From: Paragordius varius
Lineage: Eukaryota > Animalia > Nematomorpha
NCBI GenBank assembly: GCA_964247055.1
Contig: OZ176059.1
Location: 558,001-622,000 of the forward strand
Direction: 5' to 3'
Length of the DNA: 64,000 bases
Both the position numbers and the translations under genes were made by a program. The notes below the pieces were generated by a model. It saw only the letters and a list, made by a program, of their open reading frames with translations. It ran no database searches and had not been told where the DNA came from. Positions within the stretch are counted from its first letter, which is position 1. Each line of letters starts with the position of its first letter. This document shows positions 52,473 to 64,000 of this stretch, in pieces.

Positions 52473-55400
52473 TTATGAACAATACATGGCTTTAAACAGT
52501 GCTGGGATCCACATTTCACTTTCAACGCGACTGTTAAATAGTATGGCAAAACATGTCATAATATTACTATCATGATTGGACCCTAACGATTTAACCGATG
52601 CTTTATTTGAAAAATTTTGTTTTGCAATTTGTTTCAAATCTACATTACCAATAATGTTGCTATCGACTTCATCATTTTTGGATTGAAAACCTGGAGTGTT
52701 GTTGCAATCTATAATAAAGCAATAATTAAAATCAATTATTAAAAATTAGCAATAAAATGTTTAGGTTTCATATAAATATATATATAAATTATAGGTGGTT
52801 ATCAATTTATATTTTTTTACCCTAGTTTATATATATTCTGGAAAAAAAGGTAATAAAAATAAATTTTTTGAAAATAAAAACATACTTATTTGTCTTTTAC
52901 ATTTAGCGTTGTTTTTATAATTATTATTGTAAATATTTGATATACAGTAAAATGGAAATTATTTTTCACAAAAACAACCATATGTTTTAAATCTTGTTTT
53001 TTTACATTTTACTCATTGTTTTTAATTGTAAAAAAAGAAATATATATGTATTTTAATAACAATCATTTACAATTGTTATCAAATGATTTTTAAATATTAG
53101 AGTTCTGTTTAAAAGTATGGTTGTTGTATTTTGAAAAAAATTTGTTTGCCTTTATATATATATATATATATTTTTACGTTTTGTCCATGGTATAATTTCC
53201 ATTTTATACATATATATATATATATCCTATATATTTTTAAAATCCCCTACCTATTTCTTTGTTTTGATGATCGTTTAAAGTATCGTTTTTAGTTTGGTTG
53301 TTGGGGGAGATTATGTGGTTTTGAGCACAACTCTTTGTGAAAAGAGTAAAACCTCGGTGTGAAACACTAATTCAAATAAGCATATAAATAAGGATGCATC
53401 TCATATATGGAATAAGAGCATAGTATAAATATATGAATTTGCAGCATCCAATAAATTAAACATCAATTAATTTAACCCTAAATGAAATAATTTAAATAAA
53501 GCTATGGAAAAAAAAGTTAAAATAAAACAAAAATTTTGATTGTTTTTATAAAAAAAACGTAAAAAGACACATTTTTTGTATATATATATATATATATATA
53601 TATAAGTGAGCCACACATATTTAACCTCAATTTTTTAGGAGAGTTTAAAGATAACAATTTTGATATGTATGATTGTAATAGTGTGTTACTAATTTCACAA
53701 CTTTGACTCATGTTTTTGCCACCCAAACCTATATTAGGCTGTTGAATTTAAATAATTTATGATTAGATAAGGATAGGCCCCTGTCATTTTTAGTAAATTA
53801 AAAAAAAGGTTTTGTCTAACATATAGTTGTAAAACGTTTTTTGTTTTCTCTTTACAATTAAAAGTTTCCACAAAATTTTAACTATTTATATATTTATAAA
53901 TAATCAATACCATTCATATTCCAATGTTGTTTGAGATGATACCATATGACTTATTGTGGGTTGCCAATTCGAATTGTTTGATAACAACAACGGAGGGAAT
54001 GGGATACCCGAAAATAAACTTATAACATGATTACGCTTGCTAGTGTCAAAACTATATAATGGTTTTGGTGGCGCTTGATGCCGCGTTATTCCATTCTTTT
54101 TATTAGCTAATAACGAAAAAAAATTCATTACGGGTAATATAAAATATATGCATTGTAAATTAATACATATAATTAGAGTAATATAATTACAATAATCAAA
54201 TAGATCATACAAAAAATAGTTTAAGCCAATGGTTCCCAACAAGGTAGGCGTAGAAAAATTTAAGAAAGGCGAAAAATTTTGAGAATTTAATTAAAAATTA
54301 AAACAATAAACAAACTAAAGAATTTCGGGTGCAAATTATCAAGATTTGTCACCGATATTAATAAAATACACTTCAAAAAATGCAATGCAGGTATAAGGAT
54401 CTCATTGATTGGGATTTTTATAATGTTATAATGAATTTTACATTTTTAGATTATTTTTGAGAAAAGGGGGCCTCCCAAGAATTCTAATTTTGATTTAATG
54501 GGACAGTAGTGAACAAAAAAAGGTTGGGAATCATTGATTTAAGATATTTGAGATAAATATTTTCACATACCTCAAATATGAGTTATTAATTAATTAATTT
54601 AAAAGACCTTATAAAATCTATCCCATACACTTGTTGTTGATTTATAGTAAAAAAATTTACCAATTGATTTTTTGTTGTAACATGTTAGTGTGTTTCGACT
54701 AAATTCCCAAACCCATTCTTTTTGTTTGATGGAAGGCTTATGGCCAATCTTTTGGCATTGAATTATTTTATTGCGATGGTTATTTGATAGTTGCGTTTTA
54801 TTAGGTAGCACAGTAGGTAATAATGTAGTATCTCCATTAACATTATTGTTGTTATGGTTCCAAAATAATGTTGATTTCTGACTTTTATTAGATGATATGT
54901 TTGTTGTGTTGTTATTATTAGTTTGACTAATTCATGCGAAAAAAAATGTGATTATTATAATAATAATCTGTATTATGGTAATTTATGATTTTTTTTTCAT
55001 ATATAATTAAATCGATTAAAGTTGTTATCAAAGGGGGTATATATATATATATATATTTATATGAGAAGTTTAAAGTAAGCTCTATAAAGGTAAAATTTGT
55101 AGTTTTTATATCATAACAATTTTTCAGTTAAACGCAGCATTTATTGCATGCGTTTGTTGAAAAAGTGTTGGTTTTGACTGAAAAATGGTATATTAAATAT
55201 ATCCTTATGCAATTGAGAAATTACGCCACAAAACTAAAAAACTTTTTTCTATCTTTGAAAAAAATTTGTTTTGAAAAAATAGCGTTAGACCCATATGAGT
55301 GATTCTTTATATATATATATATATTAATTTATAAAGACTTACACATTCTTGGGAGGTGTGACATGACATACACACGCCTTAATAATGATAGTTTTGAATT

Positions 55401-58400
55401 GGGCACACAAAGAAAATGGAATTAAAATCTAGATGATTAAATATTTACACTCATTTTTGTTCAAATATTCCATGGATATTTAAAATACGCGTTTATAAAA
55501 GTGAAAAATAATCGTTTTTTTCCATTTATTAAAGTGCTCTATCTGTATTACATTTCTAATTTACCATTTACAATTTAAGTTCACCCTAAAAATAAATTAT
55601 GTGTTTTTAGGCTAATATAATCATCATCAATATCAAATATATTTTTTCAGCATTGTTTTAATTTTAAACAAAATTTCACTTTTTAAAAATATAAGTAATT
55701 TTTAAATTTAACAAAGACAATTCATTTTAGGGTAAATAAGGGTGAATTTGAACTGTAAATGGTAAACTACGTATATATAAATATATATATATATATAAAA
55801 TAAAAAACTAATAAAAATTATTAAAAAGCAAAATAGATAAATAGTTCGATATTTATCAAAACCGTACCCGAGGATCGTTTATAATTTGGCAATACCACGG
55901 ATTAATTTGAGTACACAAAGATATATCCTCTTGTGAATGAATATAATTTTGTTGCAACGGGGAAGAACGTGTATTATCAATACTGTTAGAATTGTGCTCT
56001 AATCCATATAAATGAAACATTTAAAAATGGCTGGTTTTCAAAAAATGAATTATTTTACAATTAAGTAGAGTCGAGACTCAAGGATTCGTTACATAGATAA
56101 TTTGGATAGTATTACATTTATTGTTTTTTTTATGATTTAATTATTCAAAAGACTCGTATAACCAATAAATTACCATTTAATTGTATCAAATTTAAATATT
56201 AATCGGGTGTTGAATGTTTTTTTCTTGCAATTTGCAAAATTTTTAAAAGAATCAACACATGAACCAATATGTTTCTAAATTTTATGTCATCAACCAATCA
56301 TAATAAATCAAGGACATAAAACCATAAAAAGGATAAAGATATAATATCCATCAAAATTTTAGCATTTCACCATACACATGAATTTTGTAATGAAAATTCT
56401 AAGATAAAGCTGGCTGGTTCAATATCAGTTTTTTTAGATTATTTACCATATATGCAACGTAATGTCCAATTTTAAATATTCTGTAAACTCGTAAAATTCA
56501 ATATATAGCAATATCCAAACGACAAATATTATACACGTTACATCTAAAATCGACACACTATAATATATTAATTTTATTTATGTTTACCCATTATATTATC
56601 GTCTGCCCGTGTAGAAACGTGATTATTATCGTTTGTTTGTCGTACACATGAATTTTGAATCGAATCATCGTTGGGAGAAACATTTTTTGAACTCTCACCC
56701 ATATTTGTTGTAAAAAGTAAATTGCTGGATTTATTTAGTTCATTATCCTTTAAATTAAAACTTTGTTCATCATCATCATCTTGGCATTCAAAACTTTCAT
56801 TAGCAAAAGCGTCCGGTATTAAAAGCGGAGTCTCATCATATAAATTAATGTTATGGCCATTTCGTTCCTTAATATTGAAGTAATTCATATTTGCTTTAGG
56901 ATGGTGATCATCATTAGAGGTATGAACATAAAAATCATCGTCATCATCCATATGCGGTATATCGTCCGTTGAATTTGATAAAGATATAAGAGATATTGAA
57001 TCGGAATTTGAATCCCCATGACTATTGGCTCGAAACGATAAAGAATTAATTTTTGAGCAATCGTTACCATGGTTTGCTTGACTGATGTCATCAATGTTAT
57101 TTTCATTATCTAAGGACAAATTTGGAGAATTACCGATAGATTGATGATGGCTATCACTAACATTGGTATTGCCATTTTTAACGTGTTTAAATGATCTAAG
57201 TTTGGTCGCAATCAATTTTTGAAAGGTTGATTTATTGTTTTTAGCATTTGATTTAGGGCTACCATTTTCTAATGATTCTCTGGCAAAAGAATTCTCTTCA
57301 AAATTTGTGTTCGATATTGGCGATGCCGATTTTGATGATGTGGCCAACTTTAAATGTTCACTTTTACTTTTACTAAGGTATTTGGACTTTTTTACGGTTT
57401 CACCGTTTGCGTGAATCTTTTTGAGTACTTTATCAAACGCCTGTACATACAAAATGGTAAAATAAAAAATTTGAATGATAAAAAAATACTAAATTGTTGA
57501 TAAAGGATTAAAATATATCTTGGAAACTTTTAAGGACACATGATTAAGGTAAGGGAATATTTCTTGCAGACATTATTGCATGATAAATTTTTAAAAAATC
57601 TCTCTTAAAAAAAATCTAATGTGGTAAATCAAGATGTAAATAAATAACTGGATAATATTATAGAAAAAAAACTGATTAAAACGGAACTATAACCTATAAA
57701 AATTAAAGGTAAAGATTAATTATATCCACAACCAAATCAATAATATAGCTAAAACATCCATAAATACAACGGGAAGGGAAACATGGTAAGATAAAAAAAT
57801 TGACTTATAGCCTAATCACTGTCAAACAAAAAATGGATTGAGATTATTAAAAACAACTTTTATATAAAGACAAACACGTATAAAGTATTAATAATGAAAT
57901 AGACAATTAGACAATCATCGAAAAATTATTATTACTTGCAAACGTTGAAAAAAATTATGATATTCAGTCCATAGTAAAACAATCATCAACATATTTTCAT
58001 TTGGATTGAGTGGCCGTTTAAGTATACCATGCATAAGATTCTCAATAATCCAAATACGTTTAATATCCTTAACAACTAGAGAATGATCTTCTTCGCGTGT
58101 ACCATGATCCAAATTAACATGGTTTATGTGGTTATGATTTGAATGCGATTTCGTCATTTTTGCTAGTATGGTATTTAACCGTTGTTTAAATTCAGGCCTT
58201 TGACATACATTAGTAGGGGTTGTTGTTGTTGTTTGAGACGACATAGTTAGGAAAGGTCCATTTGTCTCCATATTGTTCTTTTGTTCATAGGCAGCATTCT
58301 CATTCTCATTATTTATCTGAAATGCTGACTTTAATTGAGTTAAAACATCCCTTACAAGCATATCTGATTTTACTTTGACAAGTTGGACACCCATTTTCGG

Positions 58401-61400
58401 TTCTGTATTGCAATCTATGCTATGATAGCTTCCATTAACCATACTATCATCTTTAATTATATTATCAAGATCATCATTTAGGATAGTAGAAATAGATATG
58501 AGAAATTCACCAGCACGGCTTGTGGCTAAGCTCCGTGCATGAGTCATTTTTGCAAGACCGGCTTTAACTGCGCGTTCGCGTTCAAAAATACGCGGATCAA
58601 CCTTAAAACAACATATTTATAAGAGATTGGGAATAAAGAGATCAATAAAATAGTTTTTATTTGATATAGCTAAAAAATATTTATTGGAATAACATAAAAA
58701 ATAGTACAACATCAATGACTAGCTTCGAATTCTAGGAATTCATTATTGAACTGATTATGTGAAGGTGAACAAATAATCTGATAAACAACTATAAATATAT
58801 TTAAAATACTGTAAAAAATTATTATTACATAAAAGAGCTTGCAGTGTTTTGCTATACAAATTTAATAGTTAGAGTATAAATTGAAATTATACGGACAAAA
58901 TGTAAAAATATACGGACACATATTCTTTTCTAAAAGACAACAATATTTGAATTTTTATTTATTTTAACTTAAAATTATAGAATATATTGATAATACAATA
59001 AATGACATATCTTACGATTGTTATTAAATGGTTTTAATAGGATAAAGTGAGGTTTGATAAAGTACGGTTGTCTTTTAAAAAATTTTGTTTTTATATATTT
59101 ACATTTTGTCCGTATAAATTCAATTTTCACTGTTAAATATAATAGGACCAATTAAAATATTTCCACCATAAATTTATGTAACCAACGTCCCGGTTTAGAT
59201 TATTATATTTATATTTAAAAGTTCTAAAATTTCCCTAATAATTTTATCAATAACTAATATTAATACCAGTCACATTGTTAAAATTATATACAAATCTAAA
59301 ATTTAAAGCTTGCTCTGCTATGGCACTGCTTTTTATGTTGGATTTTGTAAAGCAGAAACAAACTAATATTGATAGTAATGAAGTCAATAATAATTGTATC
59401 TCAACTATATTAATAAATGACTATAAAAAAAGACATTGTTATAGTGTAAAAAACTTTAGAATAACAAAACTCCAACCAATAGTATTAATATAAAAATTAT
59501 CTGGCTTCCAATGTAACATATAAAATAGCCAATTTTAAATAAAATTAATATCAAAATTAGTTTTAAACCAGGGAATTAAAAAGAAGCACAAAACTAATAC
59601 TGAGTATCCTGGTGTCTACACGATCAAATGCAGTTACGATAAGTTTTACATAGGACAGACCGCAAGAAAATAAGTACGAGAATAAAAGAAACATAAAGCA
59701 TGTTTAAGAAATTCCATTATAAAAAGCAGTGCTATAGCAGATCATGCTTTAGATTTCTTTCATGAGATTGGTGTTAACAATGTGACTCGTATTAATATTA
59801 GTTATTATAAAGCTCGAATTATTAGGGAAACATTAGAGCTTTTTATATATAAGGATAATAATCTAAACCGTGACGTAGGATATATAATAAATCCATCGTT
59901 TAAAATTTTAATATAATTGGATTATAAATATTAATTAAATTTGTATCTTAGCCAACCAATGCAAACTCTTTTAGGTATTTATACTTTTTACAGTATTTAA
60001 AATTTTTAGATTAATTGTATCACTCATAATGATGAATTCCTTTTGGAAAACTCGAAACTAGTCACTTATGTTGTACTATTTTAATTCCAATAAAGAGATG
60101 TTTAAACCACAATTTATAGATAAGTGGTGTAGAACTAATTATGATTTTTCATAAATGCATGTAATTTATTAGGTAGGAATAATCAAAATTCCGTATTTCG
60201 GAATACAATTGCTACGAAGTAAATTATACTTCTTGTTTTATTGAGGCGATATTATATGTAGCACACATGTAACTTTGTGTTCAACTAATGATTTTATAGA
60301 CCATTAAAAATGACCTTTGTCGACGTTATAGGCATTTTCGCGCCCCAGCCAACATACACCGCAGTGATGTGGCAATATGACTTAATTTGTAAAATTATTC
60401 TATAACTCATTAACAACAAAAATGTGTTTAAAAATGAAGTAAACACTTAAATAATAATAATAAGTCACCTAAAGATAAATCGTGATGAAAAAATGATAAG
60501 GCAAACACTTCAAAAACTAAAACCTTAATTTTCCCTAACAATTTTTTTTTCAAGTATCCAAGAAATAGAAAATGCTAATACTATGATACCTGAAATACTT
60601 GGCAGTAATTGGTTAAGAGTTCGTGTAATACCATTATGTAACTACTAGTTTGACCATAATCTTCGTTTAACGTGTTTTGCTTGTTTTGAGGCTTAATACC
60701 ACATGCATTGTTGATATCATCAGTGTTTTTATTGTTGCCATTTTTAAAATTTAAGAAGGATTTAAATGTTTCATCTATGGAGACAGCACGTGGCCCCATT
60801 AAACCAATGGCAAAAATTGATGCCAAATTTTGTGCACTCATATTATTCACATGTTCATACAATGTCACATGGTAGAGATGACCTAAGCATCAAATTATAT
60901 AAAGAAGATAAAAATTTAATTTTTTACAAAAAATTTTTTGAAACAAAATATTTTTAGTTAAACCTAGTTTATTCAGCAATGTTCAATGTTTAGCAATGTG
61001 ACACTTTTCTTATAATATGTATCCTTTATTTTATCAAAAATAGATTTTTTTTCATTAAATGAGTATTAATATTTGTTAAAGAATGGAAAAACAAGAGCTC
61101 TATGGTACTTATATTTTTTGATGAATATTTGTTAATACAATAAAGTTCTTGTTTTTTTATTCTTTAACAAATATTTATACCCATTTAACGAAATAAAATA
61201 AATTTTTGATTTAATAAAGGATACATGACTTGTAAGGCTTAATAAACGAGGTGAATAAGATGATGGTATAATATAATTTTGTGGATATCAGAATAAAAAT
61301 AATAAAGCTCATAGATTAGTCGTCCCATAATTAACTTAAAAGGTATTATTCAAAAAATATTATATATATGTATATATACTCCCGTGATACAACCAATATA

Positions 61401-62756
61401 GCAAAAAGCAATTTTTTAGCTTTGATAATATATGGAAAAACACTTTGACATGCGCGATTTTTAACACACAGTGCTATAGGATCCAAAAAAATTATTTCAC
61501 ACCATCATATAATACAAAAAAAAGAATGGTTTTTATAAAAAAACGACAAAACGAAATATCAAAAAATAATGAATATACCTAACAAACGCTTAACCATACA
61601 ATAATTCAAACGGGGTAACAGATCAGTATTACACACTATGCCAGTGTATGAAGCAATGATACCATCTCCCTTATTAGCATCAACCTTATTATTTTCAATA
61701 TTCTGAAAAGTAATGTTTTTCAAGGCTTCAACACATGCCGGACCAATCAAGGGTTCAGGCAAAGTTCTAAGATACCGTTTAAGGGCATTTGCCACATCGT
61801 GTTCGGAATAGGTATCCTTACTTATCCCTGTACTACTTAGAAGTTGTTGTAATGTAGTTTTATTGTTATGCACATTACCATGTGGTATTGATAATGGGAT
61901 TGTTGGTGAACATTCTATTGTTATAATAATGACAAAACGACACATAAATTATCTAAATATAAATATGGATCTATCCATCTTTCAGGTTAAAGGCAACATT
62001 TTCCAAGCAGAAACAACTGAAAAAATGTTGCGTTTGGTTGAAAAAAAACGTTGTTTTTTATTGAAAAAATGGTACAAATAAAGATTTTTATGGAGAAAAC
62101 AAAACCACATAAACATATTGTAAATATTAAAAAAGAGATTTTAATCAAAAATTTACGATTATTTAGGAGAGGAGATACATAATCCCGATATTGGGCTTAA
62201 GATAGATGAAAAAAAACCCAAAAATTATCAAAGCAGCCACGTAAATGTTTATCTGTTAAACATCCCTAGTTTATAAAGTTTAATTTCAACCACATATATA
62301 CGTGCGTGAAAATCTATATGTTTGAGTATTGTATTGTATTGTATGGTAAAATAATTAATTAATTATTATATATGCAATTATAATTCAGCTAAAATTATAT
62401 AAAATTTTAAAAATTTATTATGATATTTCAATTACTACAAGTAATCTTTGTCAAACGTAAAAAATAAAATTAAAATATAAACTAAAATTTAAATTATAAA
62501 ATAAAATAATTACTTTTATCTCCATCAAATCCATTCGGATAATGGGATAGTGATTGTTGATGTTTGCAATTTAAATCATTGTATATACGATGGTTTGTAC
62601 TGTTATTTTCATTACAGGGGTGATGATTAATATTATAATCTTTGCTGGTATATGTTTTAGAGACAGGGCAACCATTTTGCCCTATGAGTGATGTTAAAAG
62701 AGCTTCAATTTTAACATGCGATCCATTGAGACGATATATTCCTTTGGATTCAAGCC
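52473..62756 (-). CDS. ARAP: ARAP-like (centaurin-delta / RhoGAP15B-type) protein, 3' part: RhoGAP + Ras-association + C-terminal PH; 5' exons not identified in the window
   Basis: Minus-strand exons 62756-62514 (GLESKGIYRLNG arginine finger), 61914-61579 (HDVANALKRYLRTLPEPL), 60882-60590 (HLYHV...NNMSAQNLASIF), 58601-57936 (VDPRIF...RAGEFLISI...LKRPLNPNENML..VLLW, RA-like), 57440-56588, putative 56480-56447, 54926-54661, 54106-~53951, 52708-52473 (EMWIPALF, PH C-terminal helix; stop). The RhoGAP-RA-PH order is that of ARAPs; the ArfGAP part is not seen. Confidence 0.82.
54227..54536. mobile_element. hAT-like MITE in an ARAP intron
   Basis: TIR CAATGGTTCCCAAC / GTTGGGAATCATTG; imperfect 8-bp TSD gtttaagc / atttaaga. 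Confidence 0.7.
55564..55762. mobile_element. Short family A MITE
   Basis: Family A termini with a deleted interior. Confidence 0.75.
59200..60070 (+). mobile_element. Decayed Penelope-like retroelement 3' fragment (GIY-YIG endonuclease plus terminal hammerhead-like motif)
   Basis: 59611-59916 reads GVYTIKCSYDKFYIGQTARK/ISTRIKE/HKACLR...SAIADHAL...IIRETLEL...NLNRDVG with two compensating frameshifts; upstream KINIKISFKPG remnant. Antisense inside the ARAP intron 58602-60589. The left boundary is approximate. Confidence 0.85.
60025..60070 (+). ncRNA. Degenerate minimal type-I hammerhead ribozyme motif of the Penelope-like element
   Basis: cataa-TGATGA-attcc-tttt-ggaa-aactc-GAAAC-TA-GTC-acttatg: palindromic ACTAGT in place of stem III and partial stem I (cataa/ttatg). 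The conserved C of CUGAUGA is missing. Confidence 0.5.
61014..61233. mobile_element. Family J foldback MITE
   Basis: Matches 33681-33902; inverted arms. Confidence 0.7.
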
Positions 62757-62961
62757 CTGGAGAATTTAATGGGGAAAAAAATATTATAGCACATTCTGAT
62801 TTATACGCGCGCTATCTCATGAATACTTTAAAGTTAGTTGGTACTATAACACCGCCTATAAACTAATTACGTGATAATTGTGCATACAATTTATTCAGTA
62901 CTTTTTAATAGGCAACGAAAAACGTTTAAAAAAACTTTTTGCAAACTTTTTTTCATATACA

Positions 62962-63213
62962 CCATTTACACTTCAAAGTTACCCCGGAACAATTCAAATT
63001 AACCTAAAAATAATTAATGTGTTTTTAAGATTAAAATTTACCTTTTTTATATATATAAAACATGAAATTTTGCCTAAAATTAAAATAATATTAAAAAAAT
63101 AATAAGTTATGCCATAAAAAAGAAATGTATGATATTAATGATGAGTTAAATATCCCGAAAACACATTAATTTTTAGGGGCAATTTAAACTGTCGAGGGTG
63201 ACTTTAAATGTAG
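62962..63213. mobile_element. Degenerate family A MITE
   Basis: CCATTTACA left end and decayed right end. Confidence 0.7.
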
Positions 63214-63447
63214 ATATATATCACATCATCAATAATATTAAGGCCACTGTATTCAATCATTATATGGTAAAAAGTAGCAAGCAATATGTTTTTTATGATG
63301 TGTTAAATAAGGGCTATAAATTAAAACACGATTGTAAATATAAATGCAAATTCATAAAGAAGCCTAAAAAAATGATATTCATTTTTATAATTAGTTAATG
63401 AGTTAGAATTCAATAAAATAGTATTTTAGCATAGATAATATATATAG

Positions 63448-63593
63448 TTGGTTGCTTATTTCACACTATATTAGGGCAATTCGCACAGTGATGTATGGAA
63501 AAGAGAAAGGATTTATTCAACGTTTTTTATACACTACTGTGTTGCAAATTGCTTTACTATAGGGTGAAATAAGCAACCATTAAAATGCATACT
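63448..63593. mobile_element. Family C near-palindromic MITE
   Basis: Inverted arms matching the other copies. Confidence 0.75.
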
Positions 63594-64000
63594 ACATAAA
63601 TATATATAGATATACCCAAGTTAGCCTTTATTCAAAAAATATTTATGCCTTAAGGACAAATTTTTTTCTTCAAATAGACAACCATACCTCTTTAAACCTT
63701 AATTTATCCTATGAAAACAAACAATTACGATAATAAAATATATAATTAATTATGTTAACAATTTACATGTCCAACTTATATTTTGCAGTTTAAAACAATC
63801 ACCGTTTTATTAAAAACACACTAAAATTTAAAAAGTACGATTGTTTAAAAAAAATATATGTTTATGTTTTTATCCGTATAAATTCAATTTTTACTGTATA
63901 AAATCAAAATAATTTATGTAAAAAGTATACATGCATACAAACGCAAAAATTATTATACCGTAATCAGTAATAAAATTGATAAATTTTTCAAGCACTACAG

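Noticed and set aside
56574-57452. 292-aa ORF as a stand-alone gene
   Set aside because: Its start lies in an acceptor context and it joins the upstream RA-domain exon in phase, so it is an internal ARAP exon.
62827-62855. Candidate extra ARAP mini-exon upstream of the RhoGAP exon
   Set aside because: The only frame giving the required phase contains a stop codon.
62642-62866. Plus-strand 74-aa ORF
   Set aside because: Antisense shadow of the RhoGAP arginine-finger exon on the minus strand.

Overview
Very AT-rich, intron-containing eukaryotic (animal-type) genomic DNA; no prokaryotic features, tRNA, rRNA or CRISPR array recognised. Five protein-coding genes were reconstructed by hand from GT-AG boundaries and codon phase. 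(1) A large low-complexity unknown gene on the minus strand that runs off the left edge. (2) A complete 8-exon glutamine synthetase (+, 21648-29438, 385 aa). (3) An HMCES/SRAP abasic-site protector (-, ATG at 37757), missed by the ORF track because its catalytic MCGR start is split off by a 27-nt intron. (4) An intronless DOMON + cytochrome b561 (FRRS1-like) gene (+, 45322-47034). (5) The 3' part of an ARAP-like RhoGAP-RA-PH gene (-) whose 5' exons were not found in the window. Introns and intergenic DNA are packed with non-autonomous transposons: several TA-flanked MITE/foldback families, a TTAA-target family nested into itself twice, hAT-type MITEs, three copies of a Helitron family, and a decayed Penelope-like element with GIY-YIG and a degenerate minimal hammerhead. 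The most striking observations are the 27-nt intron, splice sites built on (TA)n/(CA)n microsatellites abutting MITEs, and the intronless ferric-reductase-like gene. All gene models are manual and unverified by RNA data; family assignments rest on remembered motifs, not database searches.
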